Source of the DNA: a virus
Lineage: Duplodnaviria > Caudoviricetes
Virus record (IMG/VR): IMGVR_UViG_3300036987_000543
Span: 1-59,830 of that record
Direction: 5' to 3' (one strand)
Length of the DNA stretch: 59,830 bases
A program made the position numbers and the translations under genes. The notes under the pieces were generated by a model. The model was not told the DNA's origin. It was given only the letters and a program-made list of their open reading frames with translations, and did not search any database. This document shows, one piece after another, positions 1 to 9,295 of this stretch. Each line of letters opens with the position of its first letter. Position 1 is the first letter of the stretch.

Positions 1-972
1 AGCAAGAGCCTCGCCTTCCTTGTAACCAATAGTTTTGCTGATACTTAGTGAGCGTTTGAAATAATTAAATGCTTTGCTGAGATCAAGTTTGTCGCGGTAG
101 ATGTTTCCTATATTGGCCAATACAACTGACATACCGAGCTGGTTGCCAATTAACTCGCGCATGGCAAGGGAACGCTCATAGTATTCCAGTGCTTTGGTTG
201 TATCTTTGAAATCCTGATAATAGATCTTGCCAATATTGTTGTACACCTTGCCGAGTTCAACATACTGCTTTTTCATCTCAAAAACCTGCATCGCTTCCAT
301 CATCATCTCCAATGCGAGATCGCTTTTGTTCCATTGCCAGTAAACAAGTCCCAGGTTCATGGTCAGCACTGCATAGCGCAATGAATCATTCAGTTCCTGA
401 TACAACTGCATTGCCTGCCGGTAGTTTTCTGCAGCTTTGTTATAATCTCCTGTTGAAAAATAAATAGTGGCCCTGTTTGTGACCGAGGATGCCAGTTGGT
501 CTTTAAGGTTCGCTTTTCGTGCAAGTTCCGATGCTTTGTCGTAATAGACTATAGCATTCTGGTAGTCAGCAAGATTCTTATACACCAGGCCAGTATTGAT
601 ATAGGCACGACACAGTTCTGTATAGTTTTCAGTTTGCTCCAGTGCACGTACTGCTTCATTCAAGTATTTCAAAGCCAGAGGGTAATCGCCTGAAAGACTG
701 GCTGTTTTGCCCATTGATACCAAAATAACACCTTTCATATTCTTGAGACCAGCTTTTTCGGCATAGTTAATTGCCAGGGTATCCGTTTCCAGACTTTTGC
801 CGGGAGAAATATCGCGATATAATTCAGAAAGATAAATAAGGGTTTCAATGCGTTCGCGCCCGGTTTGGTTGCTGATAATGCGGTTCAGGCTGTCAATCTT
901 TTTCATGTCAGCTTCGGCATAAAGCTGAAAAACAATAAAAAATGCCGGCAATAACAAAAGTTTTGTGTTCAA
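1..972 (-). CDS. Host TPR-repeat protein with signal peptide, probably the N-terminus of a sensor kinase/regulator; runs off the left edge
   Basis: Manual translation from TTG at 972 is open to position 1 (LNTKLLLLPAFF...KKIDSLNR...AYINTGLVYKNLADYQNAIVYYDKA...VYNNIGKIYY...VLANIGNIY). TPR-type helices repeat. Not in the supplied ORF track because there is no stop codon in the window. Confidence 0.8.
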   Translation of the reverse strand, partial: MNTKLLLLPAFFIVFQLYAEADMKKIDSLNRIISNQTGRERIETLIYLSELYRDISPGKSLETDTLAINYAEKAGLKNMKGVILVSMGKTASLSGDYPLALKYLNEAVRALEQTENYTELCRAYINTGLVYKNLADYQNAIVYYDKASELARKANLKDQLASSVTNRATIYFSTGDYNKAAENYRQAMQLYQELNDSLRYAVLTMNLGLVYWQWNKSDLALEMMMEAMQVFEMKKQYVELGKVYNNIGKIYYQDFKDTTKALEYYERSLAMRELIGNQLGMSVVLANIGNIYRDKLDLSKAFNYFKRSLSISKTIGYKEGEALA

Positions 973-1213
973 TTTGGCGACTTTTTTAATGAAAATAACA
1001 GTTCTTTTTCTCATCCCAAATATAGTATTTTTTGCAGATTACAGACAAATTTTTTACACCGAAAAAGGTAAGGTGAACCTGACGGTATGCAGACCAGCCG
1101 GCTTATATTTGCTGACGTTGCATTCACGAAAAAAAACTTTTGGATTTGTATACCCGATTTTTATCACTTCGCAATGATGAGTACCCGGGTGAAAGGCACC
1201 AAAAAAAAATCAG

Positions 1214-1259
1214 AGCGGGAAACGGGATTCGAACCCGCGACCCTCAGCTTGGGAAGCTG
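1214..1259 (-). repeat. Prophage att site: displaced 3' half of tRNA-Gly(CCC)
   Basis: Minus strand reads CAGC-TTCCCAA-GCTGA-GGGTC-GCGGG-TTCGAAT-CCCGT-TTCCCGC-T (anticodon arm CCC, T arm, 3' acceptor strand). No D arm or 5' acceptor strand upstream; AT-rich phage DNA is there instead. Confidence 0.88.
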
Positions 1260-1354
1260 TTATTGCAACATTTGTAAATAACTATATATAAAACTGTTAT
1301 GGTTGATTCTCAAAAAATATTCTGAAACAATTATGAAACTTCTGCAAGAATTTG

Positions 1355-1954
1355 TCATTTTTTGACCTTTTTCCATGAGAAATTCAGCTTCCAAAGAACA
1401 GTCAAATATACATCTTTATTGAGCATATCCCAATCGAGAACAAACAGTGTTTCTTTTTTTGTCAGCAATGCTCCGGATGGCCCAAACCCGAATTCATCAG
1501 GAGATCTTCCTGTACTGAATCCAGCGAAGTACTTATTCACTGGTGGATTTTCAAACGTGTAAGTTGTATAGTGGTTTATTGCGACAGGTTTCCTGTTCGC
1601 TATCTCAGGTTTAAAGAATACTGGCCGGTTTTTAGTGATCATCCAGTCAAGGATAACAAGAACAGAACTATCATTAGCCAGGGTATCACGTCCGAAAACC
1701 TCTGCATGGTACTGCCTGAGAATTTCACCGGTATCAACTTTTGCAGGAACCTCAACATATACGATCTTGGCCGGTAGTGGCTTTATTTCAGGATATGGGT
1801 TTGGGATTGAGTCTCCCGGTATGGTATCAATTCTAATTTCTACCCGGGGCTCGGTACATGGATTGCAATCCTGGCACCGGTGACATTGACCCATAATGAT
1901 GATAACAATAAGGAGCACTACAGAAAGTGCCCAGGGAATTATTCTTGTATCCAT
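1355..1954 (-). CDS. Putative spanin-like lysis accessory membrane protein
   Basis: N-terminal hydrophobic anchor followed by Cys residues, Pro-rich linker and beta-rich C-terminus; last gene of the lysis cassette, overlapping the endolysin. Confidence 0.45.
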   Translation of the reverse strand: MDTRIIPWALSVVLLIVIIIMGQCHRCQDCNPCTEPRVEIRIDTIPGDSIPNPYPEIKPLPAKIVYVEVPAKVDTGEILRQYHAEVFGRDTLANDSSVLVILDWMITKNRPVFFKPEIANRKPVAINHYTTYTFENPPVNKYFAGFSTGRSPDEFGFGPSGALLTKKETLFVLDWDMLNKDVYLTVLWKLNFSWKKVKK

Positions 1955-2460
1955 CTGCTCACTGATTTGATTTGTTTTTTGCTTCTTCGTTTGCGGTAAA
2001 CTCCATCGCCCTCTCTGGAACCATCTCCGTTCGTGTTGCCTTCGACTGTTATGACGTTGCCAGAATTATTCTTCCAGACTTCATCAATGAATCCTACATG
2101 ACCGATCCGTTTCATGTTGACGTAATAGATCCCAAACACATCTCCCGGAAGACTATTCTCAGGATCGATCAACCTCTGCTTAGGAAACCACGATGGCGAC
2201 CATGCAGGGGCATTCTTAGGTATGGCAAGGCTATTCTCAATATGGCAATAGGTTACAAAGGCTGCGCACCAGGCGTAGCCTTTTCCAAGGCCCGTAGACC
2301 TCAAAAACATCTCCACCTCTTTACCGTCATTGTTCCCGGTAAGTTCGCGGACTCCGATATGCTTTCGGTAGGTTCTGATTAACTCATCCCTGCCACCAGT
2401 ATAGCCCAGGAGATAAGTAAAAAGCCCCAATACAATAATGAAAACAAGCCTCTTTGCCAT
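1939..2460 (-). CDS. CHAP-domain endolysin with N-terminal signal/anchor
   Basis: GYAWCAAFV, GHVGFI and TVEGNT motifs (CHAP Cys/His/Glu); hydrophobic N-terminus. Confidence 0.85.
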   Translation of the reverse strand: MAKRLVFIIVLGLFTYLLGYTGGRDELIRTYRKHIGVRELTGNNDGKEVEMFLRSTGLGKGYAWCAAFVTYCHIENSLAIPKNAPAWSPSWFPKQRLIDPENSLPGDVFGIYYVNMKRIGHVGFIDEVWKNNSGNVITVEGNTNGDGSREGDGVYRKRRSKKQIKSVSRWIQE

Positions 2461-2729
2461 GGCGTTAATAGAGTGTTTTTTGTGAGAAAATCGTCAAGTG
2501 TGCGGTAAACTTCTCCGGCCGACAGTTTCAGGATTAGCCAAATTAGGGCGTGACCGAACAGTATGCCTGCTGTGCCTAACAGAAACGCTTGAAAAATACC
2601 TACATCGTAAACGCCGGCTGTTTCGTCTATCATCCTAAGGATGGCAGAGCTATACCACCAAAGTAGTAAGGCTATCGGAAGAGTTAGCAACTCATTCCAG
2701 TTTCTGAGGAATTGAATCATTGGTTTCAT
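2379..2729 (-). CDS. Putative holin (about 3 TM)
   Basis: Small multi-TM protein directly upstream of the endolysin. Confidence 0.55.
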   Translation of the reverse strand: MKPMIQFLRNWNELLTLPIALLLWWYSSAILRMIDETAGVYDVGIFQAFLLGTAGILFGHALIWLILKLSAGEVYRTLDDFLTKNTLLTPWQRGLFSLLYWGFLLISWAILVAGMS

Positions 2730-3043
2730 CGTCTTTTTAATTGATTGATTTCTATTTCGTGCCTTTCAAGCTGCCTGTCATGTGACCTGATTTCATCTGA
2801 ATGTTTGTTCAACCTTTCGTCAATTACTTCGTGTTTATCTTCATGGACTTCTCTGCGTACTAATTCACCCTCAACAACTAACTGAAGTGTAGTAACGCTT
2901 TTGCCCATGCTCTTTACTTGTGAGGCGAAGTCTTTAAGAAAGTAGGCAATAAGGCCCAGCAGAAGCGCTAAAACAAAGCCTCCAATTGACATAAATGATA
3001 TCAAAGTTCCTTTGTCGAGAAGCTCAAGAGTTTGGTGTTCCAT
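2726..3043 (-). CDS. Holin-like/lysis membrane protein (1 TM plus coiled coil)
   Basis: Single TM followed by a charged heptad tail; first gene of the lysis cassette; 4-nt overlap with the next gene. Confidence 0.45.
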   Translation of the reverse strand: MEHQTLELLDKGTLISFMSIGGFVLALLLGLIAYFLKDFASQVKSMGKSVTTLQLVVEGELVRREVHEDKHEVIDERLNKHSDEIRSHDRQLERHEIEINQLKRR

Positions 3044-3071
3044 AATTGTAATGTGTTTGGGTTATTGATTA

Positions 3072-5414
3072 TTAGTTTACTCTTTCAAGTTTTAAATTGG
3101 AATGAATAGATTTAAGACTGTTACCTGAATTTGCCCACTGTGCATCAACAATAAGCGTGTTGGCCTGAGTTGTATCAATGTCAATTTCAGATGTTGAAGT
3201 TAAAGGGATCATCACAGAATAACCAAGTGATCTGCTTTCCATGAATAAGGCACCTGTCAGCAGACTTTTGCCCGATGCTCCGGTTGTTTTGATCGTTAGG
3301 TTAACATCACCTATCCAGCTCCATGCATTAGCACTTGCAGGCAGATTACCGGTAATGGAGATTAAAACTGTCGTATTAAGCAAAACTCGCACGGTTATAT
3401 TCTGTGTACTGGCAGCTGTATTGTAAACACCAGCAAGCTTTCTAGTCAACACATCACCAGCAACAAAAGTGTTTGCCAGAATTGTACTCGAACCAACAGA
3501 GTCGCCATGGATTACAGTAGGCGCCAAATGCGCTGTTGCATTGATGACGGCCGTTTGTGACGCCCTTAAACCTATATCTTTAAGATAAGCAAGGGTTTGC
3601 CTTGTGGAATTCGTAATGAACAATCTGGTACCATCCCACTCAACTGCACCTGCTTCTGGTGTTGTAAGGTTTGTGCCTTGCGTCAACTTTATGGGTGGTT
3701 TGCCTGCATAGCCTGCACCGATATGAAGTAAAGCCTCAGGAGATGGAGTGTCAATACCTAATCCGGCATCCCTTACATAAGTAGTTACGCCACCTGTGTA
3801 CATTAAAATACCACCTACTCCAATAATATGTATCAGTTCATTTGATTCAATTGCAGAACCCGAGCCGTTATGTGTAAACTGTAAGTATTGTCCAGTGTCA
3901 CTATGCCACAGTCTTAGTACAGGCATAACCCCCGGATAATAATTAGTTATTTCAAAAGCCGCATCTTGCTGAGTTTCGCGAAACAGGCTTGCGAATCTGT
4001 AATATCCATCGTTGCCATCGGATGTGTATAAAATCCTTAGACCCGGTAAAACGTCTTTGTCATTTGGAAATAACTCGGCAAAGGAATATTCCAGTGAGTC
4101 TTTCAACGCACCACGGAATCCTGCGACAACTGTGTTTGGGTAAGGAAACGCTTTAGTATCCCAGTCGAACGTGTGAGCAGTTAAACCCCTATAACCTGTA
4201 AGAGTATCTTTCTGTGAAACAGTTAAATTGTTAAGCTCAACGTAGTCACCGCCCTCTGTTGTGCCAATTAATATTTCAGCATACTGGGATGCTTGATGAA
4301 TGACCTGAAATGCACTATCGCGAACTAATTCAGCAGCGCCCACAGATACATGGGTAATAATATTCTGCCTACTACTGTATAATAAGTCATTACTTGGATT
4401 ATAAACCCACCCGCCTTTATCGTTCAGTGGTATATCGCCTGCTTGAATTGCGGTTTCGTAAACACGTATTTTTCCACCCTTAAATTCATAAGCAATTCTA
4501 TCTAAGACCAGTCTAAATGCTGTTGTGGTATCATTCATATATCCTAACAAAAGATATACTTTGCCATCTGCTGTAGTTGGCAGGGCTTGTGTCATGTAAG
4601 CCTGTGAAGTTGAATTATCTAAAATAAAATATCCATCCCCATCAATTGTTCCTACTAAATAAACTGCTTTATTCGCTACCCAACCGCTTTGTTTGTTAAA
4701 GTTTCTTTGTACAGCATCACCAGTTGTGTATAGTTCTGAATACAGAGTAGTGAATACAGCGTTTTCGGCTAATGCTGTTGTGGTTAGATACCAAAGAATT
4801 GGGCTATTTAGTTTGAATTTGACAGTTGAAATGGATTTGCCATCAACGGTTATATTATCGCCTATTGCTAATGGATAAAATCTACCATCATGTCCTTCCA
4901 TAACCATTTTATACCGAGTGATCCCTGTGCCTGCTATAACACTATTTTGCCACCTCATGCAAAAATCTTCAATTGCATCTGAGGTTCTATGTGAACCAAA
5001 AATATGAAGTGAATTTGTTTCAGAGTTATATCTCATCGGTACAACAACTGGTGATGCTCCGGTTGATAATGTTGTGGTGCTAACATTTGTATCTCCAAGA
5101 CGAATATTCACTCCGTTTAAGGTGGCAGCAGAAACACTCGTGCCGTTAACAAAGTTGACCATATAGACAACGCCATTTTTAAACGTTACGGTTTCTTCTG
5201 TTGTTTTAGCGGCTGTTGTTCTTGCTGTATTTACAGTTAAATTAACGGCCTCTACTCCACCCATGTTAGACAACAATTCCCAACTCAAAACGCCAGTTGT
5301 AGGGTTCTGAGTCAAGAACATGTTGATTTCAGATGGCTTGCTTAAAACAAACTCAGAAAAGGCCGTCCCGGCACCATCAACATTCCTGACAAATACTATA
5401 TCGTATTGAGCCAT
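3072..5414 (-). CDS. Tail fibre / receptor-binding protein 2
   Basis: Thr/Gly/Asn-rich beta protein with a GAVEWDGTRLFIT motif; N-terminus paralogous to the adjacent fibre. Confidence 0.7.
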   Translation of the reverse strand: MAQYDIVFVRNVDGAGTAFSEFVLSKPSEINMFLTQNPTTGVLSWELLSNMGGVEAVNLTVNTARTTAAKTTEETVTFKNGVVYMVNFVNGTSVSAATLNGVNIRLGDTNVSTTTLSTGASPVVVPMRYNSETNSLHIFGSHRTSDAIEDFCMRWQNSVIAGTGITRYKMVMEGHDGRFYPLAIGDNITVDGKSISTVKFKLNSPILWYLTTTALAENAVFTTLYSELYTTGDAVQRNFNKQSGWVANKAVYLVGTIDGDGYFILDNSTSQAYMTQALPTTADGKVYLLLGYMNDTTTAFRLVLDRIAYEFKGGKIRVYETAIQAGDIPLNDKGGWVYNPSNDLLYSSRQNIITHVSVGAAELVRDSAFQVIHQASQYAEILIGTTEGGDYVELNNLTVSQKDTLTGYRGLTAHTFDWDTKAFPYPNTVVAGFRGALKDSLEYSFAELFPNDKDVLPGLRILYTSDGNDGYYRFASLFRETQQDAAFEITNYYPGVMPVLRLWHSDTGQYLQFTHNGSGSAIESNELIHIIGVGGILMYTGGVTTYVRDAGLGIDTPSPEALLHIGAGYAGKPPIKLTQGTNLTTPEAGAVEWDGTRLFITNSTRQTLAYLKDIGLRASQTAVINATAHLAPTVIHGDSVGSSTILANTFVAGDVLTRKLAGVYNTAASTQNITVRVLLNTTVLISITGNLPASANAWSWIGDVNLTIKTTGASGKSLLTGALFMESRSLGYSVMIPLTSTSEIDIDTTQANTLIVDAQWANSGNSLKSIHSNLKLERVN

Positions 5415-5428
5415 ATCTGATCAGGTTA

Positions 5429-6874
5429 TTATGCCCATGAAGCCAATGTGGTCCTTCTCCATGTATTTGTTGCTACACACACATACAGGTAATTTGCATC
5501 CCTGGCAATCTGTCCGGAACTTCCAGTTGAAGTAGCTGCAGCTGGCGCTGAAACCCATGTGTTCATCTTACCGTCAAGAGCTGTCTGAAGACCGGTAATT
5601 TTAGAAATTTCCAGGTCCGGGATCCTCGCTACAGCAAACACTCCTGAAGTAATTTTAGAAGTATCCAGAGATGGGATATCAGAAGCAGCCAATGCAGCAC
5701 CACCGGTTACAAGACCCTTTGCATTAACCGTTACTTTCGGATATGTTCCGGCAGTAACTCCACTGTTTGCAAGGGTAAGTGTTGCAGTTACGTTTGCCGA
5801 TCCGTCAAAGTTTACACTCCAGGAACCGTCACCAGTAGCAGAGATTGATCTTGCTGTTAAGAGCTTGCTGGCCGAAACAGCATTGTCGCCTACTCCAAGT
5901 TTTCCATCGAGTGCAGTTTGCAATCCTGTTACTTCAGATATTGCATGAGTGTGTGCCGAAGGGGTAAAGGTTGATGGCTTGCCAGAAACTTCACTCCATG
6001 TTACAAAGTCCCAACTCAGACTTCCTGCTGTTGCACCTGCTTTGAGAACCTTTGTGTTGTTTGTAGTACCAGTTGCCGGAACATGCAAGTTTCCATCTCC
6101 TGAAGGATGAACATAATTGTTCGCATTGTTGGCAACTCCGTCAAGTTTTGTCTTGTCAGCTGAACTCATGAAACCTGCAACTGAGGTTGTAGCCACTCCG
6201 TGTGCTGCGCCAGTTGCCCCGACGTGGGAAGCTGCTGCATAAAGACCGGCATGGTTGCCCCAACTGTAAGCCGTGTTCCAGTTTGCGGAATTGTCGGTGA
6301 CAATGGTATAGGTTCCTGCACCAGTCCTTTTCATGATGCCAACTCCTGAGAACATGCCATCTATGATAGCGCCATCAAGATTGGTTTGGATGATGTTGAA
6401 GTTTGCTCCAACAGTTGCATGGTTACCCGATGCTGTACCATCGGTATTACAGGTAACGATATCGCCGACCTCAACACTGGGCCCGCTTGCTCCTCCGATT
6501 TTACCTGCAACCGAAACTCGCCATGTCCATCCATTTTCACCGGCCGGATAGTTAGGATTAGCGGAGCAATCCAATACTCCTTTGTTAACCCATGCATCAT
6601 TAGCCGCAATAAGAGCATCTACATAGGCCTTGATAGCTGCTGCATCGGCAAGTTTTCCGGCAGAAGCAGAGGCCATGTCGGTAATAATTGCCGTTCCAGA
6701 AACAGTGCCATTAAATATGGGTGTTTCCAGGGTTTTTGACCAGGACAACACACCAGTTGTATTGTGCATTGTCAAAAAGTACCCAAGTCCGGCAGGTTTT
6801 GCCAATACTGTTTCAGCAAATTCAACTCCGGCCGCTGCGTTGTTTTTTACAAAAATTAAGTCATATTGTGCCAT
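5429..6874 (-). CDS. Tail fibre protein 1
   Basis: Fibre motifs PSAHTHAISEVTGLQTALDGK (TGLQTALDGK occurs twice), GVTAGTYPKVTVNAKGLVT and C-terminal YLYVCVATNTWRR. Confidence 0.85.
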   Translation of the reverse strand: MAQYDLIFVKNNAAAGVEFAETVLAKPAGLGYFLTMHNTTGVLSWSKTLETPIFNGTVSGTAIITDMASASAGKLADAAAIKAYVDALIAANDAWVNKGVLDCSANPNYPAGENGWTWRVSVAGKIGGASGPSVEVGDIVTCNTDGTASGNHATVGANFNIIQTNLDGAIIDGMFSGVGIMKRTGAGTYTIVTDNSANWNTAYSWGNHAGLYAAASHVGATGAAHGVATTSVAGFMSSADKTKLDGVANNANNYVHPSGDGNLHVPATGTTNNTKVLKAGATAGSLSWDFVTWSEVSGKPSTFTPSAHTHAISEVTGLQTALDGKLGVGDNAVSASKLLTARSISATGDGSWSVNFDGSANVTATLTLANSGVTAGTYPKVTVNAKGLVTGGAALAASDIPSLDTSKITSGVFAVARIPDLEISKITGLQTALDGKMNTWVSAPAAATSTGSSGQIARDANYLYVCVATNTWRRTTLASWA

Positions 6875-6887
6875 AATTCAAATGTTT

Positions 6888-7142
6888 TTAGGTTTTCCAT
6901 ACTTCGAATTTCAAGGAAACCGTCTTCTTGTTATTGGTAACCATGAATTTCATGATATCTGCCAGCTTGTCAACTGTCATAAGCAAACCGATTTGCACCT
7001 TGTTTTCTTCACCAATTGCTTCGATCTTCTTTGCTACCTCCTCAAGCTCCTTTTGTTGAAGCTCAATGATTTGCTTTTTCAGATCTTCCAGGCTCCCTGC
7101 CTGAGGGGGCTCAGGTTGTTTGATTTTCCTGCTTTTTGTCAT
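6888..7142 (-). CDS. Small coiled-coil phage protein, possible fibre chaperone
   Basis: Position between the tail tip gene and the fibres; heptad pattern. Confidence 0.45.
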   Translation of the reverse strand: MTKSRKIKQPEPPQAGSLEDLKKQIIELQQKELEEVAKKIEAIGEENKVQIGLLMTVDKLADIMKFMVTNNKKTVSLKFEVWKT

Positions 7143-7155
7143 AGGTTATTAGTTT

Positions 7156-8844
7156 TTAAAATGTTGATATTGAATGTCTCTTCCATAGATTATTGATTCT
7201 GAAGTATACATGGTCATCCCCGAGATAGAAGTTTGCGTTACCAGGTGAAGGATCATCTGTGCTCTCAGTCGGCTCATGATCATTGAGAACAAATAGGGTA
7301 AAATCTTCCGTTAAGAACTCGCTGATTGAGGCTTTAACATTAGTCCATTTTATCCGTGCTCTTTGCCCTTTCTCTGTTTCGATAAGGACGGAAGCATCAC
7401 CAGAGAAAACCATCATTTCTGCCCTGTCGTCACGTCCCTTTTTCAAGTAGGGGAGAGCCTTCCGGCGGGGTTTATATGATACCTCAGTTAATTGAAGGAT
7501 GTACTTGAACTCATTGACTATGTTCCTGCGTACATCTATTGCCCTCATTATTTCCTGCAAGCCAAGGTTCGTGTCGATCACATAAACCCCATCGCCAGGG
7601 CCAAATGATGCATTGTTTGCTTTCACATAACTCTCGTCAATATCAAGCGCATAGTTTAGCAATGGGTTTTTGTGTTTATTCAGGTATGAAAAAGCTGCCT
7701 GGTAAAGCTTTTCTTCAGCTGCCTCGATATATTCTTCAGGCAGGGTTATATTGAGAATTACATACTTGTCTCCAACGGCAAACTGAAAAGCAGATGTTTC
7801 AGGATTAGGTATATCAAGTCCTCTTTCATCAATGACCTTGTTGATATGAAAGGTTTTCGAAGTAGGATTGTAAGATGCAACCTCAAACTCATATCCGGCC
7901 AGATTACCGGTATTAAAATGGATTGTTGCTGTAAGGCCATCCACCAGGTATTGATTAAGGTCAAACATGCCTGAGTCAACAAACTGGTACCATGACGCCC
8001 CGAGAGCTGTTACCTGACCTTCTCTTTCCGGATAGATATCATCAAATATTGCGATCTTCTCAATGATGCCATAGTTTGTTTGTGCGTCAGGATCATTCAG
8101 ATAAGAAGCTTCGTTATTGGGAAGTTTCAGACGAGGGGAGAAGTTTCTGTAATTCGGGCCGAGGTTCTTTGAAGCACCAAAGGCAAACAACCTTGTTACA
8201 ATGTTGTCAGCACTCGCAACATTCCTTGTCAGAGAATAGAGTCCTTTCCCTTTGCCATACTCAAACGGGATGTAGGTAAACCCCCCTGCCTGATTCTTGA
8301 CATACAACACCCTTTCATTGCCAAAAACAGCATACTCATATTCACAGGAAAACTCCTGACAAAGCCTGTAGAGTGCGTTAAGACAGTTTGTATCAGAGAA
8401 TGACAGGGTTTTATAATCAGTTGTCCCCACCATGTTCTGTATAGCCCAATAATCAGTTCCATACACACGTTCAAGGTTGCGCTCCAGTACATGAAGAAAA
8501 TCCATGAGGTTTCCTGTCAGGTAGAAGTCAGAGGACATATGAATGCCTGTGGCGTCAACATCGAGGAAAGCAATTTTGCCAAGCTCATAAATTAGGCTCT
8601 CAAAAACACAATCATATTCGTAGAGGTTCCTGGCAACCTTTTTCACAACGGGAGTTGTGTTCAGAACATACTTTCTTCCAAAGACTGTAATGTAACTGTT
8701 GATGGGGAGTTCTATGTAAGCAGGCCTTTCAAAATAAACCTTAGCAATATCTTCCCCTAACAGCTTTCTACTTACCTCAGAATTTGCTTTGAGGTTAACT
8801 GTTACAGCTGTCAGCGAAGGACGTATGATCTGCAAGGTTTCCAT
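7156..8844 (-). CDS. Tail tip / baseplate hub (Tal-like) protein
   Basis: FEYGKGKGLYSLTR, IVTRLFAFGASKNL and FDDIYPEREG motifs typical of Bacteroidetes siphophage tail proteins; follows the Dit-like gene. Confidence 0.75.
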   Translation of the reverse strand: METLQIIRPSLTAVTVNLKANSEVSRKLLGEDIAKVYFERPAYIELPINSYITVFGRKYVLNTTPVVKKVARNLYEYDCVFESLIYELGKIAFLDVDATGIHMSSDFYLTGNLMDFLHVLERNLERVYGTDYWAIQNMVGTTDYKTLSFSDTNCLNALYRLCQEFSCEYEYAVFGNERVLYVKNQAGGFTYIPFEYGKGKGLYSLTRNVASADNIVTRLFAFGASKNLGPNYRNFSPRLKLPNNEASYLNDPDAQTNYGIIEKIAIFDDIYPEREGQVTALGASWYQFVDSGMFDLNQYLVDGLTATIHFNTGNLAGYEFEVASYNPTSKTFHINKVIDERGLDIPNPETSAFQFAVGDKYVILNITLPEEYIEAAEEKLYQAAFSYLNKHKNPLLNYALDIDESYVKANNASFGPGDGVYVIDTNLGLQEIMRAIDVRRNIVNEFKYILQLTEVSYKPRRKALPYLKKGRDDRAEMMVFSGDASVLIETEKGQRARIKWTNVKASISEFLTEDFTLFVLNDHEPTESTDDPSPGNANFYLGDDHVYFRINNLWKRHSISTF

Positions 8845-9290
8845 CAGGCGATATACTCTTTGAGGTTAAGGTTGAATGTCCAGATGTTCTTAGCGTAGCG
8901 GAATTTCTTCAGGACTTTGATCTCGTCTACACGGTACACGTTGTAAGTCCTCTGTGTTGGTTCGCCATAATAGTTGACCGTCAGGGTGTGAATGCCCGGT
9001 GTGTCAAGAATTGCTACCAGGGATTCGATATAAGAGATAGCTTCAGTAATTGTTTCTCCCTTTACGAAACAATCAAGAGTGAATTCCCGGGCTTCTTTCT
9101 TGACGGTTGACAGGTCAACTACTTCACCATTTTCATCAATCCAGTTATGGCTGTAGGCTATTTTTCGCTTGCCAACATTGAACAGCCCATGACTCTCCTT
9201 TACATAAATATTCAGAGTCGACAAATCAGTGTTGTCGATCAGATATTTGATCCGGAATTGTTGTCTCTGAATAGGTGGAATTGTTGACAT
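8844..9290 (-). CDS. Distal tail (Dit-like) protein
   Basis: Follows the tape measure gene; NWIDENGEVVDL...AREFTLDCF pattern. Confidence 0.6.
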   Translation of the reverse strand: MSTIPPIQRQQFRIKYLIDNTDLSTLNIYVKESHGLFNVGKRKIAYSHNWIDENGEVVDLSTVKKEAREFTLDCFVKGETITEAISYIESLVAILDTPGIHTLTVNYYGEPTQRTYNVYRVDEIKVLKKFRYAKNIWTFNLNLKEYIA

Positions 9291-9295
9291 TGTGA

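Noticed and set aside
1214-1259. Possible functional tRNA-Gly gene
   Set aside because: The D arm and 5' acceptor strand are absent; it is an att remnant.
496-1281. Short plus-strand ORFs at the left edge, including the one reading ERETGFEPATLSLG
   Set aside because: They are antisense to the host TPR gene or are translations of the reverse-complement tRNA fragment.
3072-8844. Diversity-generating retroelement or invertible shufflon acting on the tail fibres
   Set aside because: No reverse transcriptase, no invertase, and no template/variable repeat pair or inverted cassettes seen by eye.
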